DNA from: an uncultured Chthonomonadaceae bacterium
GTDB lineage: Bacteria > Armatimonadota > Chthonomonadetes > Chthonomonadales > Chthonomonadaceae
Reading direction: 5' to 3'
NCBI GenBank assembly: GCA_963835065.1
Contig: CAWIEK010000044.1
Location: 448,001-512,000, forward strand
DNA: 64,000 bases
How positions within the stretch are numbered: the first letter of the stretch is position 1; the number at the start of each line of letters is the position of its first letter. Under the pieces are notes generated by a model. It searched no databases. It was not told the DNA's origin and saw only the letters and a program-made list of their open reading frames with translations. The translations under genes and the position numbers were made by a program. Positions 29,450-39,054 of the stretch are shown here, one piece after another.

Positions 29450-29813
29450 AGCAAACAGTTGGTACACGTTGCCGCAGGAGGCTGTGATTTCTTCCTCTGC
29501 CTCCTGCCTGCTCGCCGGTACGCTTGTTTCTTCCGCTATGACTGTCATTTTTGCGTTGCCTTATCCTTGCAGCAGGCAGATAACAAACAGCCCGGCGAAC
29601 TGGCCGGGTTGATTAGAGGTTACGTATATCGTCCAAAATCGTCAAAGCCCAATCTTCTGCATCCAGCCAATTCTGTTCCCAATCCGCATAGGCGGGGTTT
29701 ACAGGAGGAAATTGGTAGTCTGCCACGTTGCGCAAGGTTCTCAGGTTCTTGTACACCATTCCTAATGCGGGGTTTTCTCACGCTCTTGAAGCATGTCTGC
29801 TGATGGCAACGCG

Positions 29814-30309
29814 CTATCCGCCAGCGAAACTACGCTGGTACACCACATCCACGTAGGCTTTGTCACCTCTGGCATGGCGAACAGTCAGGGTGTTGCGGGA
29901 CAAGTCTGCCACGCCGCTAAAAGTCTGACAGGCCGCCTTCAAATTACCGGGAGGGCAGTGACCCGCCTCAAATTCAGTCGTACCCGCAGTCACGCCGGCT
30001 TTTGTGCTATAGGAGAAGAATGGATCACTGCCGTCTACTCGGCACTTGCCATCCTTATAGAACACGAACGTTTCTGTGCCGGCGCAGTTCACCTGCCCGT
30101 ACAGCGGCGTGGCTCCCGGAGGATCGGTGAAGGTGGCGGGGCAAACCTGAAGTCGTTGTACCATCGGTGATGGAGCGGGCTGTCCATGTTCCTACAAGGC
30201 TGCTTCGGTCGTTAGTAGGGATGCCGCTATCGGCGTTGCCGCCGCAGCCCGTAAGGGCGCAGCCGAGCAAAAGAAGCAGGAACAAAGAAGAGCGTAAGGA
30301 TTGAGACAC
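29814..30309 (-). CDS. Lipocalin-like lipoprotein; apparent +1 frameshift near 30150
   Basis: Lipobox LTGC, LVGTW motif. Removing one T joins ORF 30055..30309 to ORF 29814..30164. Confidence 0.65.
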
Positions 30310-30543
30310 GATGACCTTCTCCTCTACAAAGGGAATGTGCCGCTGAAACCAAGCGGTATGGCAGGGGAGTAAGAAGGGGGGTGCTCTTAGTTCACCATGA
30401 CCGAGCCATCTTCCTGCGAAATTTTGGAATTCTCAGAATTATTTTATATCTGGCTTGATGATGTCCGTAATCGCCAGCCCATCCCGCCAAAACAATCCCG
30501 CACAAAAAAGAGACAGAAAAAAGTGTTAGACAACACGGAAAAG

Positions 30544-30572
30544 TGAACCTTTTGCCGCATACAGTCGTCTAA
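30544..30572 (+). promoter_or_regulatory. Putative ECF-sigma promoter
   Basis: TGAAC-N17-CGTCTAA. Confidence 0.45.
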
Positions 30573-30675
30573 ACAGTGATACAAACGTCTAGTATAGAGA
30601 GACGAAGGTTCAACGTTAGAGTTCCTATCAACTATCAACTATCAACGACTTACTCAGGAAAGGAGGTACAGGCCC

Positions 30676-30702
30676 ATGTCCCACCCCTCCCGCTCGCCCT
30701 GA
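30676..30702 (+). other. 8-codon micro-ORF (MSHPSRSP) with a perfect Shine-Dalgarno
   Basis: AAAGGAGGT at 30659-30667, 8 nt before the ATG. Confidence 0.35.
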
Positions 30703-30951
30703 CGCTTGCGAGGCCACGACGCCTCTCTCCTACAATTTGACACAACGAGACATCGGGCTGGAAGCGCTGCATTGCCAAGATTTCGACGCTGCCTCTACAT
30801 ATTCTCTTTTTTCCTAATTCTTTTCTCTGCCTGCCGCTTTCCTGGCGCTTTCATCCTTCATCCTTTGCTTGACTTGGCTCCCTGTTTCGTGTAAGTTGCC
30901 GGGTATAATTCACACTGCGCAGCGTCACTCGGAATTCAGGGAAAGAAGGAC

Positions 30952-31887
30952 ATGGCAGGAATGGTTTACAAGATTTGCCACACTACATCGGGGAACAGGG
31001 AACAGGGAACAGAAGCCGCATTCCCAATCGAAAATCGAACATCGAAAATCGGCAATCCCGCCCCTCAACTTGGGCGTCCGCTTGCGGACTACAACCGGGC
31101 GTTCACCCTGATCGAACTGCTCGTCGTTATCGCAATCATCTCCATACTGGCGGCGATCTTATTTCCCGTCTTTGCGCAGGCGCGGGAGTCGGCGAGGCAG
31201 GCGTCGTGCGCCAGCAACATGAAGCAGATCGGGTACGCGGCGCGGATGTACAGTCAGGATTACGACGAATTTTGGGTTCCCGCGTATTCGCAGGGACCGG
31301 GGCCGAACGGCTCCAACATCCAGCCCTGGATCGGGTTTGACAACAACAACGCGGTCAGCAACTCGCCCATCGGCGGCGACATGACCCAGCCCGCCACGCA
31401 TGAACCGCATCCCGGCCTGCTCGATCCCTACATCAAAAACGCGCAAATAAAAAAATGCCCGGACGTGCCCGGTTCGTGGCAAATGGCGCTCGCCCTCAAC
31501 ATCTTCAACGTGTATCTCGATTCGGATTACTACACTGCCAATCCTGCCGCGAAAGGCAATGAGTTCGGACCTTCCTATCGTTCCAGTCAGACTGACCCCG
31601 TAACCGGGCAGGAAATGCCATTGGCCGCGCATGATTCGGAGATTGATCAGCCGTCCACGACCCTTGTCGCCTGGGAACACCAAAATCCCGCCCCCGAATG
31701 TAACTTCCTCCAATCTCCCAACTGGCTCATCTCCCCGCCGGAAGGCCCGTACCGCGAGCATTTCCATCTGCTGCACCGCAGCGGCGCAACCTGCTTGTGG
31801 TGCGACAGCCATGTCAAGCACGTCATTTACGACACGCTCAAGCGCCCCTGGTTCTCCTGCCGCAAAGACATCTATCCCGGTGGGTAG
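30952..31887 (+). CDS. Prepilin-type cleavage/methylation DUF1559 protein with a long repeat-derived leader
   Basis: [59 protein letters not shown]. Confidence 0.9.
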   Translation: MAGMVYKICHTTSGNREQGTEAAFPIENRTSKIGNPAPQLGRPLADYNRAFTLIELLVVIAIISILAAILFPVFAQARESARQASCASNMKQIGYAARMYSQDYDEFWVPAYSQGPGPNGSNIQPWIGFDNNNAVSNSPIGGDMTQPATHEPHPGLLDPYIKNAQIKKCPDVPGSWQMALALNIFNVYLDSDYYTANPAAKGNEFGPSYRSSQTDPVTGQEMPLAAHDSEIDQPSTTLVAWEHQNPAPECNFLQSPNWLISPPEGPYREHFHLLHRSGATCLWCDSHVKHVIYDTLKRPWFSCRKDIYPGG

Positions 31888-31913
31888 TTTTCACAGTTTA
31901 AGGTTGTGGAATG

Positions 31914-32068
31914 GTAACTCTTCACCACCAAGACACCAAGAACACCAAGTAAAGCAGGCAATACGAACGGATTAGAACGCGCGAAACTTTCAATAGCTCC
32001 TGCAATCTTACAACGTCCTTCTTTTCGTTCTTCTTGGTGTTCTTGGTGTCTTGGTGGTGAAGAGTTAC
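31914..32068. repeat. Perfect 36-bp inverted repeat of CACCAAG(A)A-type units
   Basis: GTAACTCTTCACCACCAAGACACCAAGAACACCAAG (31914-31949) and its exact reverse complement (32033-32068). Confidence 0.92.
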
Positions 32069-32244
32069 GCGGAATGTTGATAAAGAGCGGATTCAGCCGT
32101 GTGCGATTAGTGCAACCTGAAGGGCATTTTAGCTGTCATGCAAACGGGTGTGTTTTTCCGAAACTCCGGGCGCGTTCGGAGTGATAATAGAGAAAGAACC
32201 GTTTTGCGGAAGGACGCCCGACAGGGAGCGAGTAGCCAACAACC

Positions 32245-33327
32245 ATGCTGAACACCACGCCGATTACACCCGGAAAATTGTACGATTGCCTGCACACGCT
32301 GTATCAACTGCGACTGCCCGCGTATCTGGCCGGGCCTCCCGGTATCGGCAAATCCGCCGTAATCCGCCAGTACGCGCAGGAAAACGGCCTGCAATTGGTC
32401 ACGCTGATGCTGTCGCAGATCGAGCCTTCGGACGTGCGCGGCCTGCCGTTTCTGGACAAAGAGGCGGGACGAACGCGCTGGCTGATCCCCGAATTCTATC
32501 CCGACAGCGACTCGAACTCGCGCGGCATTTTGTTCCTGGACGAACTGGCGAATGCCGAACCCCGCGTACAGGTAGCCGCGTACCAACTGCTGCTGGACCG
32601 CAAGGTGGGCGAGTACACGCTGCCGTCTGGTTGGGTGTGCTTTGCGGCGGGCAACCGTCTGGAAGACAACGCCAACGTCTACGAAATGTCGTCCGCCCTT
32701 GCGGACCGGCTCGTCTTTTTTAATGTTTCCTGCGAAGCCCGCGACTGGCTGGCCTGGGCGCAAAACAACGACATCGCGCCCGAAGTCCTCGCCTTCATTC
32801 AGGTAAAGCCGGACTTTTTGAACGGCAATCAGATGCAGCAATCCGCGGATCAGGTGATTGTTCCCACGCCCCGCAGTTGGGAGCGCGTGTCGCAAATCGT
32901 CAAAGCGGAAAACAACCCGGAAGTGCGACAATTCCTGCTTTCGGGTGTGATTGGGGAAGCGGCAACCGTAGAGTTTGTTCACGTTCTGGAAGAGATACGG
33001 GAACTGCCGCCGATGGAAAAACTGTTTCGCCAATCCCCCGAAGAAGCGCGGCGCTTGTTTCCCAAAAGCGTGGCGGGTTTGTACGGCTTGGCCTACAGCG
33101 TGACCGCGTATTGCAATGACATGGAAACGTTCCAAAAAGGCATCTTGATTTTCAATGAACTCGATCAGATAAGCCGTGAACTGCCCGGCGCGGAAATCCA
33201 AACGCTGGCAATGGAACTCCTCATGGAGAAGGCCCATAAACTCAGCCTGGATCGAAAACTAACGTTTTCGCCGGAGTACAGCGCGTACCGCAAAAAGGGG
33301 CAGCAGGTATCCCACCTGGAATTGTAG
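32245..33327 (+). CDS. MoxR-like AAA+ ATPase
   Basis: Walker A GPPGIGKS, Walker B ILFLDE, AAGNR, SALADR and TPRSWE motifs. Confidence 0.93.
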   Translation: MLNTTPITPGKLYDCLHTLYQLRLPAYLAGPPGIGKSAVIRQYAQENGLQLVTLMLSQIEPSDVRGLPFLDKEAGRTRWLIPEFYPDSDSNSRGILFLDELANAEPRVQVAAYQLLLDRKVGEYTLPSGWVCFAAGNRLEDNANVYEMSSALADRLVFFNVSCEARDWLAWAQNNDIAPEVLAFIQVKPDFLNGNQMQQSADQVIVPTPRSWERVSQIVKAENNPEVRQFLLSGVIGEAATVEFVHVLEEIRELPPMEKLFRQSPEEARRLFPKSVAGLYGLAYSVTAYCNDMETFQKGILIFNELDQISRELPGAEIQTLAMELLMEKAHKLSLDRKLTFSPEYSAYRKKGQQVSHLEL

Positions 33328-33330
33328 GCA

Positions 33331-34542
33331 GTGTACAACATGGAATCCATGAACATTCTGGAACAAGAAGATACCGTGAAAAGGATACTGCGCTACGCCG
33401 TATCGCAAAGTCCCGGTTTTGCGGCGATTGCCTTTTGGTGTCCCTGGACAATTGACAACAAGGCGTCGTGGGTTGCCTGCACCAATGGCAAGACCATTCG
33501 CTTCGGACAGCGTTTTTTCACCGATTACAGCCCCAAAGAGCAGGTGGCGATTCTGGTGCATGAGATACTTCATGTAGCGCTGCGCCATATTCCCCGCATG
33601 AAAAAAGGCCATTTTGACGGCCTGGTATGGAATCTGGCGACGGATGCGATTATCAATGAAGCCGTCAGTAAGATGGTATGGCTGACACTGCCTACGGATG
33701 GCGTTCGACTGGACAAACTGCTGACCCCGCAGGAACTGCAGACGACGCCCGCGCACCAGTGGACAAGCGAAAGCCTGTACGCGCACCTGATTGAAGACAA
33801 GGAGCGCCTGCTGGAACTGCTTGCCGATTATTTTGGCGACCTGATTCTGGTTCCCGACAAGGACGGTTTGTTCAGCAGCGCGGACTTGCCACTGGAAGAT
33901 AAAGTGTGGAAGGAGCGGCTGACGCGGGCGCAGGCAGGGGATCGTCCCGGCGGCCTGATGCGCGAAGTCAGCCATGATTTTCCCGAAGAAAAAGTGTCGT
34001 GGGAGAAACTGCTGCGCCGCCTGATGACACAGCCGCTTTTGCCGCAAACCCGGCCCAACTGGAACCGTCCGAGTCGGCGCACTCTGGCGCTTGGCGGCGA
34101 TTATTGGGAACCGGGCAACCGCCCCCGCGAAGGGCTGCAAATGGCGGGCGTCGTGGTGGACACGTCGGGCAGTATCGGCGATGCCCTGCTGACGCGCTTC
34201 GCGGCGGAAATTCAGGGCATCCAGCAGCGGACGGGCTGCCACATCTATCTTATCAGCGCGGACGCCGCCGTTCAATCGGAGCAGGTGATCCGCAACGACG
34301 GCAAATCGTTCAAAGAAAAGGTAAAGCAGGGCAAAGTACAGTTCAAAGGCGGCGGCGGCACGGACTTTTACCCGGCCTTGCAGCGCATGAAGGAGAAAAA
34401 AGTCCGCGTGTGCGTATACTTGACGGACCTGATGGGGAATTTCGGAGACGAAACCAATTACCCGTTCCCGATCCTCTGGGCCAGCACGATGAAAAACATG
34501 CAAGCGCCGTTCGGCAAAACCATCTACATTGACGAGGAATAG
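33331..34542 (+). CDS. DUF2201-type protein: zincin metallopeptidase-like domain plus vWA domain
   Basis: HEILH, WNLATDAIIN, MIDAS VDTSGS, GGGGTDF and YLTD motifs. Confidence 0.92.
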   Translation: MYNMESMNILEQEDTVKRILRYAVSQSPGFAAIAFWCPWTIDNKASWVACTNGKTIRFGQRFFTDYSPKEQVAILVHEILHVALRHIPRMKKGHFDGLVWNLATDAIINEAVSKMVWLTLPTDGVRLDKLLTPQELQTTPAHQWTSESLYAHLIEDKERLLELLADYFGDLILVPDKDGLFSSADLPLEDKVWKERLTRAQAGDRPGGLMREVSHDFPEEKVSWEKLLRRLMTQPLLPQTRPNWNRPSRRTLALGGDYWEPGNRPREGLQMAGVVVDTSGSIGDALLTRFAAEIQGIQQRTGCHIYLISADAAVQSEQVIRNDGKSFKEKVKQGKVQFKGGGGTDFYPALQRMKEKKVRVCVYLTDLMGNFGDETNYPFPILWASTMKNMQAPFGKTIYIDEE

Positions 34543-34558
34543 GCGACAGGAGCAAACC

Positions 34559-35602
34559 ATGAGATTTTTTCGCAAACCTAAGCCTGAACCGCCGCCCCCG
34601 GCTCCACCGTCCCTGTACTTTGCCGGGTGGGGCTTTGACGACCGCGAGGATGAGAATGTCTATCGGGATGAGGGAGCGGATGTGCTTGTCGTGGAAGCGG
34701 CAGGGCAGCCGTTCGTTTTGCGAAAGATGAACACGTGTGTTTGCTTCCGGCGGCGCGAGGACAAAGACGAGCGCGCGTGTTTATTTTTGCTGAACAAGAC
34801 GCTGCACAAATGGCGGGATGAAATCAAGAAGTTTGCGCCCGAAGAGTTTGTGGAAGAATATGCAAAGCAGGCGTATGGACGGCTTTTCGTGCATGTGGCG
34901 GATTGTATGCGGGAACATCAGTGCGTGTATTTGGGCTTTGCGCCCGATGGAACCGGCTTCAGCCTCGACTATACCGAGGAGCGGCTGGTAGATTTTCGCT
35001 GGCAAGGCGTGACGGCAATGACATGGCCGGAACTACTTGCCGCCGACCCCGAAGCCGCGCGGCCTTTCTGCAAAACCGTTTTCGATACGCTGGTACACCC
35101 GCGCCTGACCAATTCGTACATTGACCCCGCAGCGCTGAAGGAAATACCGCATGAGTTTGTCTGCGGTTCCGAAGCGCAATTGTGCCGCCTGACAACGCTC
35201 ATTGTACAAACGGAGCCGGGTCTATTCGATGATAATGAGGAACCTGTCACCGTCACCTACCGGGCGCAAACACCAACCAAGCGGGCGTACATGATGAAGG
35301 TGGAACGAGAAAGCGCCCAAAACTATTACAGCGAACGTATTACGGAAAATTTAGGACGGCTGCAATCGTTGTGCGATCTCGCTTTGCGCTTAAACACCTT
35401 TACAGGCGTGAAATGGAAAACATGGATGGAGAAGCCCAACCGTTTAGGCCATTTTATGAAGCAAGTTCAGCAGGTGCAGATTAAGGTACACCCGCCATCC
35501 GCCCACGAACGCGCCGAGTCGCTGTTGGGTCTGGCGGATTGGCTGGAAGGCAAGGTGCGCGAGGAAAAGCGGTTGCGGCTGTTGGGCGTGGAGGAGGAGT
35601 AG
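34559..35602 (+). CDS. Hypothetical protein, PSAHER paralog 1
   Basis: ATG after AGGAG; ends PPSAHERAESLLGLADWLEGKVRE; aligns with the two downstream genes. Confidence 0.8.
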   Translation: MRFFRKPKPEPPPPAPPSLYFAGWGFDDREDENVYRDEGADVLVVEAAGQPFVLRKMNTCVCFRRREDKDERACLFLLNKTLHKWRDEIKKFAPEEFVEEYAKQAYGRLFVHVADCMREHQCVYLGFAPDGTGFSLDYTEERLVDFRWQGVTAMTWPELLAADPEAARPFCKTVFDTLVHPRLTNSYIDPAALKEIPHEFVCGSEAQLCRLTTLIVQTEPGLFDDNEEPVTVTYRAQTPTKRAYMMKVERESAQNYYSERITENLGRLQSLCDLALRLNTFTGVKWKTWMEKPNRLGHFMKQVQQVQIKVHPPSAHERAESLLGLADWLEGKVREEKRLRLLGVEEE

Positions 35603-35675
35603 GTATTCGGGTGTTCAGTGTCAGGTGTTCGGTATTGGGTGTTTGGCGTTTGGTGTTGGGCAGGAGAGGACAGCG

Positions 35676-36884
35676 ATGTCGGATTGGAATTTATGGAAAC
35701 GTATTCGAGGCTTGTTGAGCGGGAAAACGGCTGTGCCCGCTGCGCAGCCACGCAAGACGCAAGCGGAAATCACACCTCGAAGGAAGTGGAAACGCCGCCA
35801 ACTGAGAGAACAGCAATACAGGAAGCAGCAAAAGCGGAAACCGTGCCGCGTTCCCATGCGGAAACGGCGGGCAGGCAACAGAAGCCGACGCAATTTACAT
35901 TTGCCAAACCGTCCCTGTACTTTTCCGGGTGGGGCTATGATGAGCGCAATGGCAAGAACCCCTATTGCAGTGAGAAGGGCAAGAATGCTGCGCTGATGAC
36001 CGTGAGTGATCAAACCTTTGTGGCGCGTATAATAAATCGGCATGTGGTGTTCCGTGAAAGTGGGGACAGGGACGAGCGTTCCGCTCTGTTTATTTCCCAG
36101 ATTACGGAACGTGGATGGCCTTACAAAGTGACCGATATACCGGAAGCGGAGTTTGCCCGCATTGTAAGACAGTGGGAGTACGGACGCTGCCTGCTGTATG
36201 TTGCCGACTTCATGCAGCCAGGGCAGTGCGCGTATCTTGGCTTTGCCCCGGACGGCAGAGGCTTCGCATCGGATGAGTATCACATCAGTATAGCGTGGTT
36301 CCAGTGGCGGGAGGCGACAACGCAGCCCTGGGCGGAACTCCTGACTGCCGATCCCGAACAACTGCGGCCTTTGTGCCAGACCCTGTTCGATACGCAAATC
36401 AATCCCCGCAGTGGAAACCCGTACATTGATCCCGCCAGCCTGACGGACATTCCGCACCGGTTTCTGAGCGGTTCCGAGGACGAACTGCGCCGCCTGACCC
36501 TTGCCATCGTGCAGACGGACCCTGATGTATTTGCGAACAGCCTGGAACCCGTCACCATCACGTACCGGGCGCAAACGCCGACCAAACGCGCCGGCACGAC
36601 CCGGATGCTGCAAGGCAAACAGCAATTGGCCGGGCGGACGCATACCCTCGCTATGTGACCTGGCGTTGCGCCTGAACACGTTTGTCGGCCTCGCCTGGAA
36701 GCCGCGCCCGCCCTATACACAGCCGAACCGCCTGGGTCATTTCGACAAGCAGATACACCGGATAATCGTCACCGCGCAGCCACCCTCCGCCCACGAACGC
36801 GCCGAATCGCTTCTCATCCTTGCCGATTGGCTGGAAGGCAAAGTGCGCGAACCGAAACGCTTGCGCTGGCTTGGGATAGATTAG
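35676..36884 (+). CDS. Hypothetical protein, PSAHER paralog 2; apparent frameshifts near 35777 and 36632
   Basis: Shares PSLYF.GWG.D, YLGFAPDG, TYRAQTPTKRA, SLCDLALRLNTF and PPSAHERAE with paralog 1. Pieces lie in ORFs 35625, 35618 and 36501. Confidence 0.75.
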
Positions 36885-37010
36885 GGGTTGGTGTTCAGGT
36901 GTTCGGTATTCGGGTGTTCAGGCAGGAGTATTAGGACACGATTACTGCCAATGTATTGTCTGAATACCTGAACACCGAACACCTGAATACCCGATTTTGA
37001 AGGAATGAGA

Positions 37011-38140
37011 ATGAGCGTTAAGCAAGCGTATGACTTTCCGTTGCCGGGGTTCTGGTCCAATCATGCCGTCGCGGAACACGTCTGCGACATAGACGGACGG
37101 CGGTATTTGCTGCGGCAACTGGATGAATTTATGCTTTTCCGAATGGCAGAGCGCAACTGCGTGGAGCATACGTTTTTTGTGCCTTATCGCCGTTCGGCTC
37201 ATGCGCAGGGGCGACGCTCTTGCCAAACCGGGCGTGAGTATTCGGGACGGCAGCAGCGTACCCCCGCTTCGACAGGCATTGACGCCGCCCGTTTACTCGC
37301 AAAAGATGTTTGCCGAGCAAATAGCCAGTGGCGAACACGGACGAGTGGCGCTGTACTCCTGCCCCGAAGCGCGCGATTGCAGCCCGCTCCTGTTCTTCCG
37401 GCAGGATGGCACGGGCTTTTTCCCGGACTTCCATACGGCCAACGGCTACAGCGCTCACGAGCCGACAGAGCAAGTGGATTTTGTGTGGCATGAAAACGCG
37501 CAGGGCATTGCGAATGGCGCGGACATTCTCAGGGCGGACTGGCCGCAAATGGAAGCCTTGTGCCACGAGGTTTTCATTGGTCAGGTCTGGCCGCGCATGA
37601 AAGACCCCTTTGTGAGTTTCGCCGACACGCCCGACGCGCCGCTCACATGGAAATGTGGCTCGCAGCAGGAATTGTTTCGCCTCACGCCTTGCATCTTTCA
37701 CACGCATCCCGGCGAGTGGGCGGAGTTGGAGGCGCATTTCGGCTCGTCCGTGGTTGAATGGAAACCACAGCATCCCCGTACATTATCAAGCGGAAATGGC
37801 AGAGCATCGGGCGGAACCTTAGAGAAATGGCCGAAGCGCATACATAATCTCTGCGCAATTGCCTTGGGGCAGAATAGCGAGAGGCCAATGGCCCAAACGG
37901 ATACACGCCCTGTGCCTGCTGGCCTTTCAGCACAACATGTTTACGGGGTACAAATGGGAGTACCATCGCTATCATGGCAGAACGCGCCGACAGGGTTATA
38001 AAGCAAACCGGCTCATACAAAGTTGCATTGTCGCGCCCCCCTCCGCCCACGAACGCGCCGAAGCCCTGCTCACGCTCTGGGACTGGCTGGAAGATAAAGT
38101 AACAGAGGAGCAGCGGCGGGCCTACTTGGGAGTAAACTAA
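37011..38140 (+). CDS. Hypothetical protein, divergent PSAHER paralog 3; apparent frameshifts near 37175 and 37884
   Basis: DGTGF, CGSQQELFRLT, HNMFTGYKW and PPSAHERAEALLTLWDWLEDKV. Pieces lie in ORFs 37005, 37123 and 37859. Confidence 0.7.
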
Positions 38141-38222
38141 GCAGCGGGACGCTGCAAGTTCGTAGTTCTTGTATCCCTATCAACTACGAACTATCAACTA
38201 TCAACTATTTAGAGATTATAGG

Positions 38223-38960
38223 TCAGGGGAACAGCAGGCGGCGGAGTTCGGCGGGGGTGTCGCATAAGTGGGTGGGAGATTCGGCTTGCAGGCGGGCGCG
38301 TCCGGCGGCTCCCCACGTAACCCCGATGGATTGAACCCCGGCGGCATGAGCGGCCTGCATGTCGTGAACCGTGTCGCCGATGTACACGGCAGTGGCGGCA
38401 TGTTCGGCGGGGATGTTCAAGCGGGACAGGGCGAGGCGCATGCCTTCCGGGTCGGGCTTGGGATGCGTTACATCGTCGGCGGTGATAGCGAAGTCTACAT
38501 ATTCGGCGATGTGCAGGCGCGGAAGCGTGTTGTCGAGTTCTTCCTGATTTTTGGAGGTGACAAGCGCGGTGGGCAGTCCGCGCTGCTTGCCTTCGATAAG
38601 AATAGCGGTCACGTCTTCCAGAATACGCTCTTGGTTGCGGTTGGCCTCATAGAAGGCGATAAAATCCGCCATAATCGCCCGCTCGTCCACGCCAAACGCT
38701 TCCAATTCCCCGAACACGCGGATTTGCTTATACAGCGGCGTTCCAATCAGGGCGCGAATGTCCTCCGGGGGCAATGTGCGCCCAAAGTAGCGCTTGTACA
38801 CAAAATCCAGCGAAGCCACAATCAGCGCAGTGGTGTCAATCAGCGTACCGTCAATGTCCCAGAGGAGGGTAGACGGTAGACGGTAGACGGTAGACGGTAG
38901 CGCCAACCCGGTTGCCTTCTCGATATTCTGGCTCTTCTTATTGTTCACAGGCATACTCAT
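38223..38960 (-). CDS. HAD-family hydrolase (PpaX/phosphoglycolate phosphatase-like)
   Basis: WDIDGTLIDT, VTSK, KPDP and YIGDTVHD motifs. Confidence 0.9.
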   Translation of the reverse strand: MSMPVNNKKSQNIEKATGLALPSTVYRLPSTLLWDIDGTLIDTTALIVASLDFVYKRYFGRTLPPEDIRALIGTPLYKQIRVFGELEAFGVDERAIMADFIAFYEANRNQERILEDVTAILIEGKQRGLPTALVTSKNQEELDNTLPRLHIAEYVDFAITADDVTHPKPDPEGMRLALSRLNIPAEHAATAVYIGDTVHDMQAAHAAGVQSIGVTWGAAGRARLQAESPTHLCDTPAELRRLLFP

Positions 38961-39051
38961 TAGTAGATGTTGCTGCCGTCTACCGTCTACAGCGCGGGCA
39001 GTGTACAACCGGAGCAATGTAAAAGTTGCTGTCTACCGTCTACCGTCTACC
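38868..39051. repeat. Paired heptamer arrays GGTAGAC(n) ... GTCTACC(n)
   Basis: GGTAGAC x4+ at 38868-38900 (inside the HAD gene) and GTCTACC units at about 38975-38990 and 39030-39051; same family at 63361-63475. Confidence 0.88.
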
Positions 39052-39054
39052 TTC

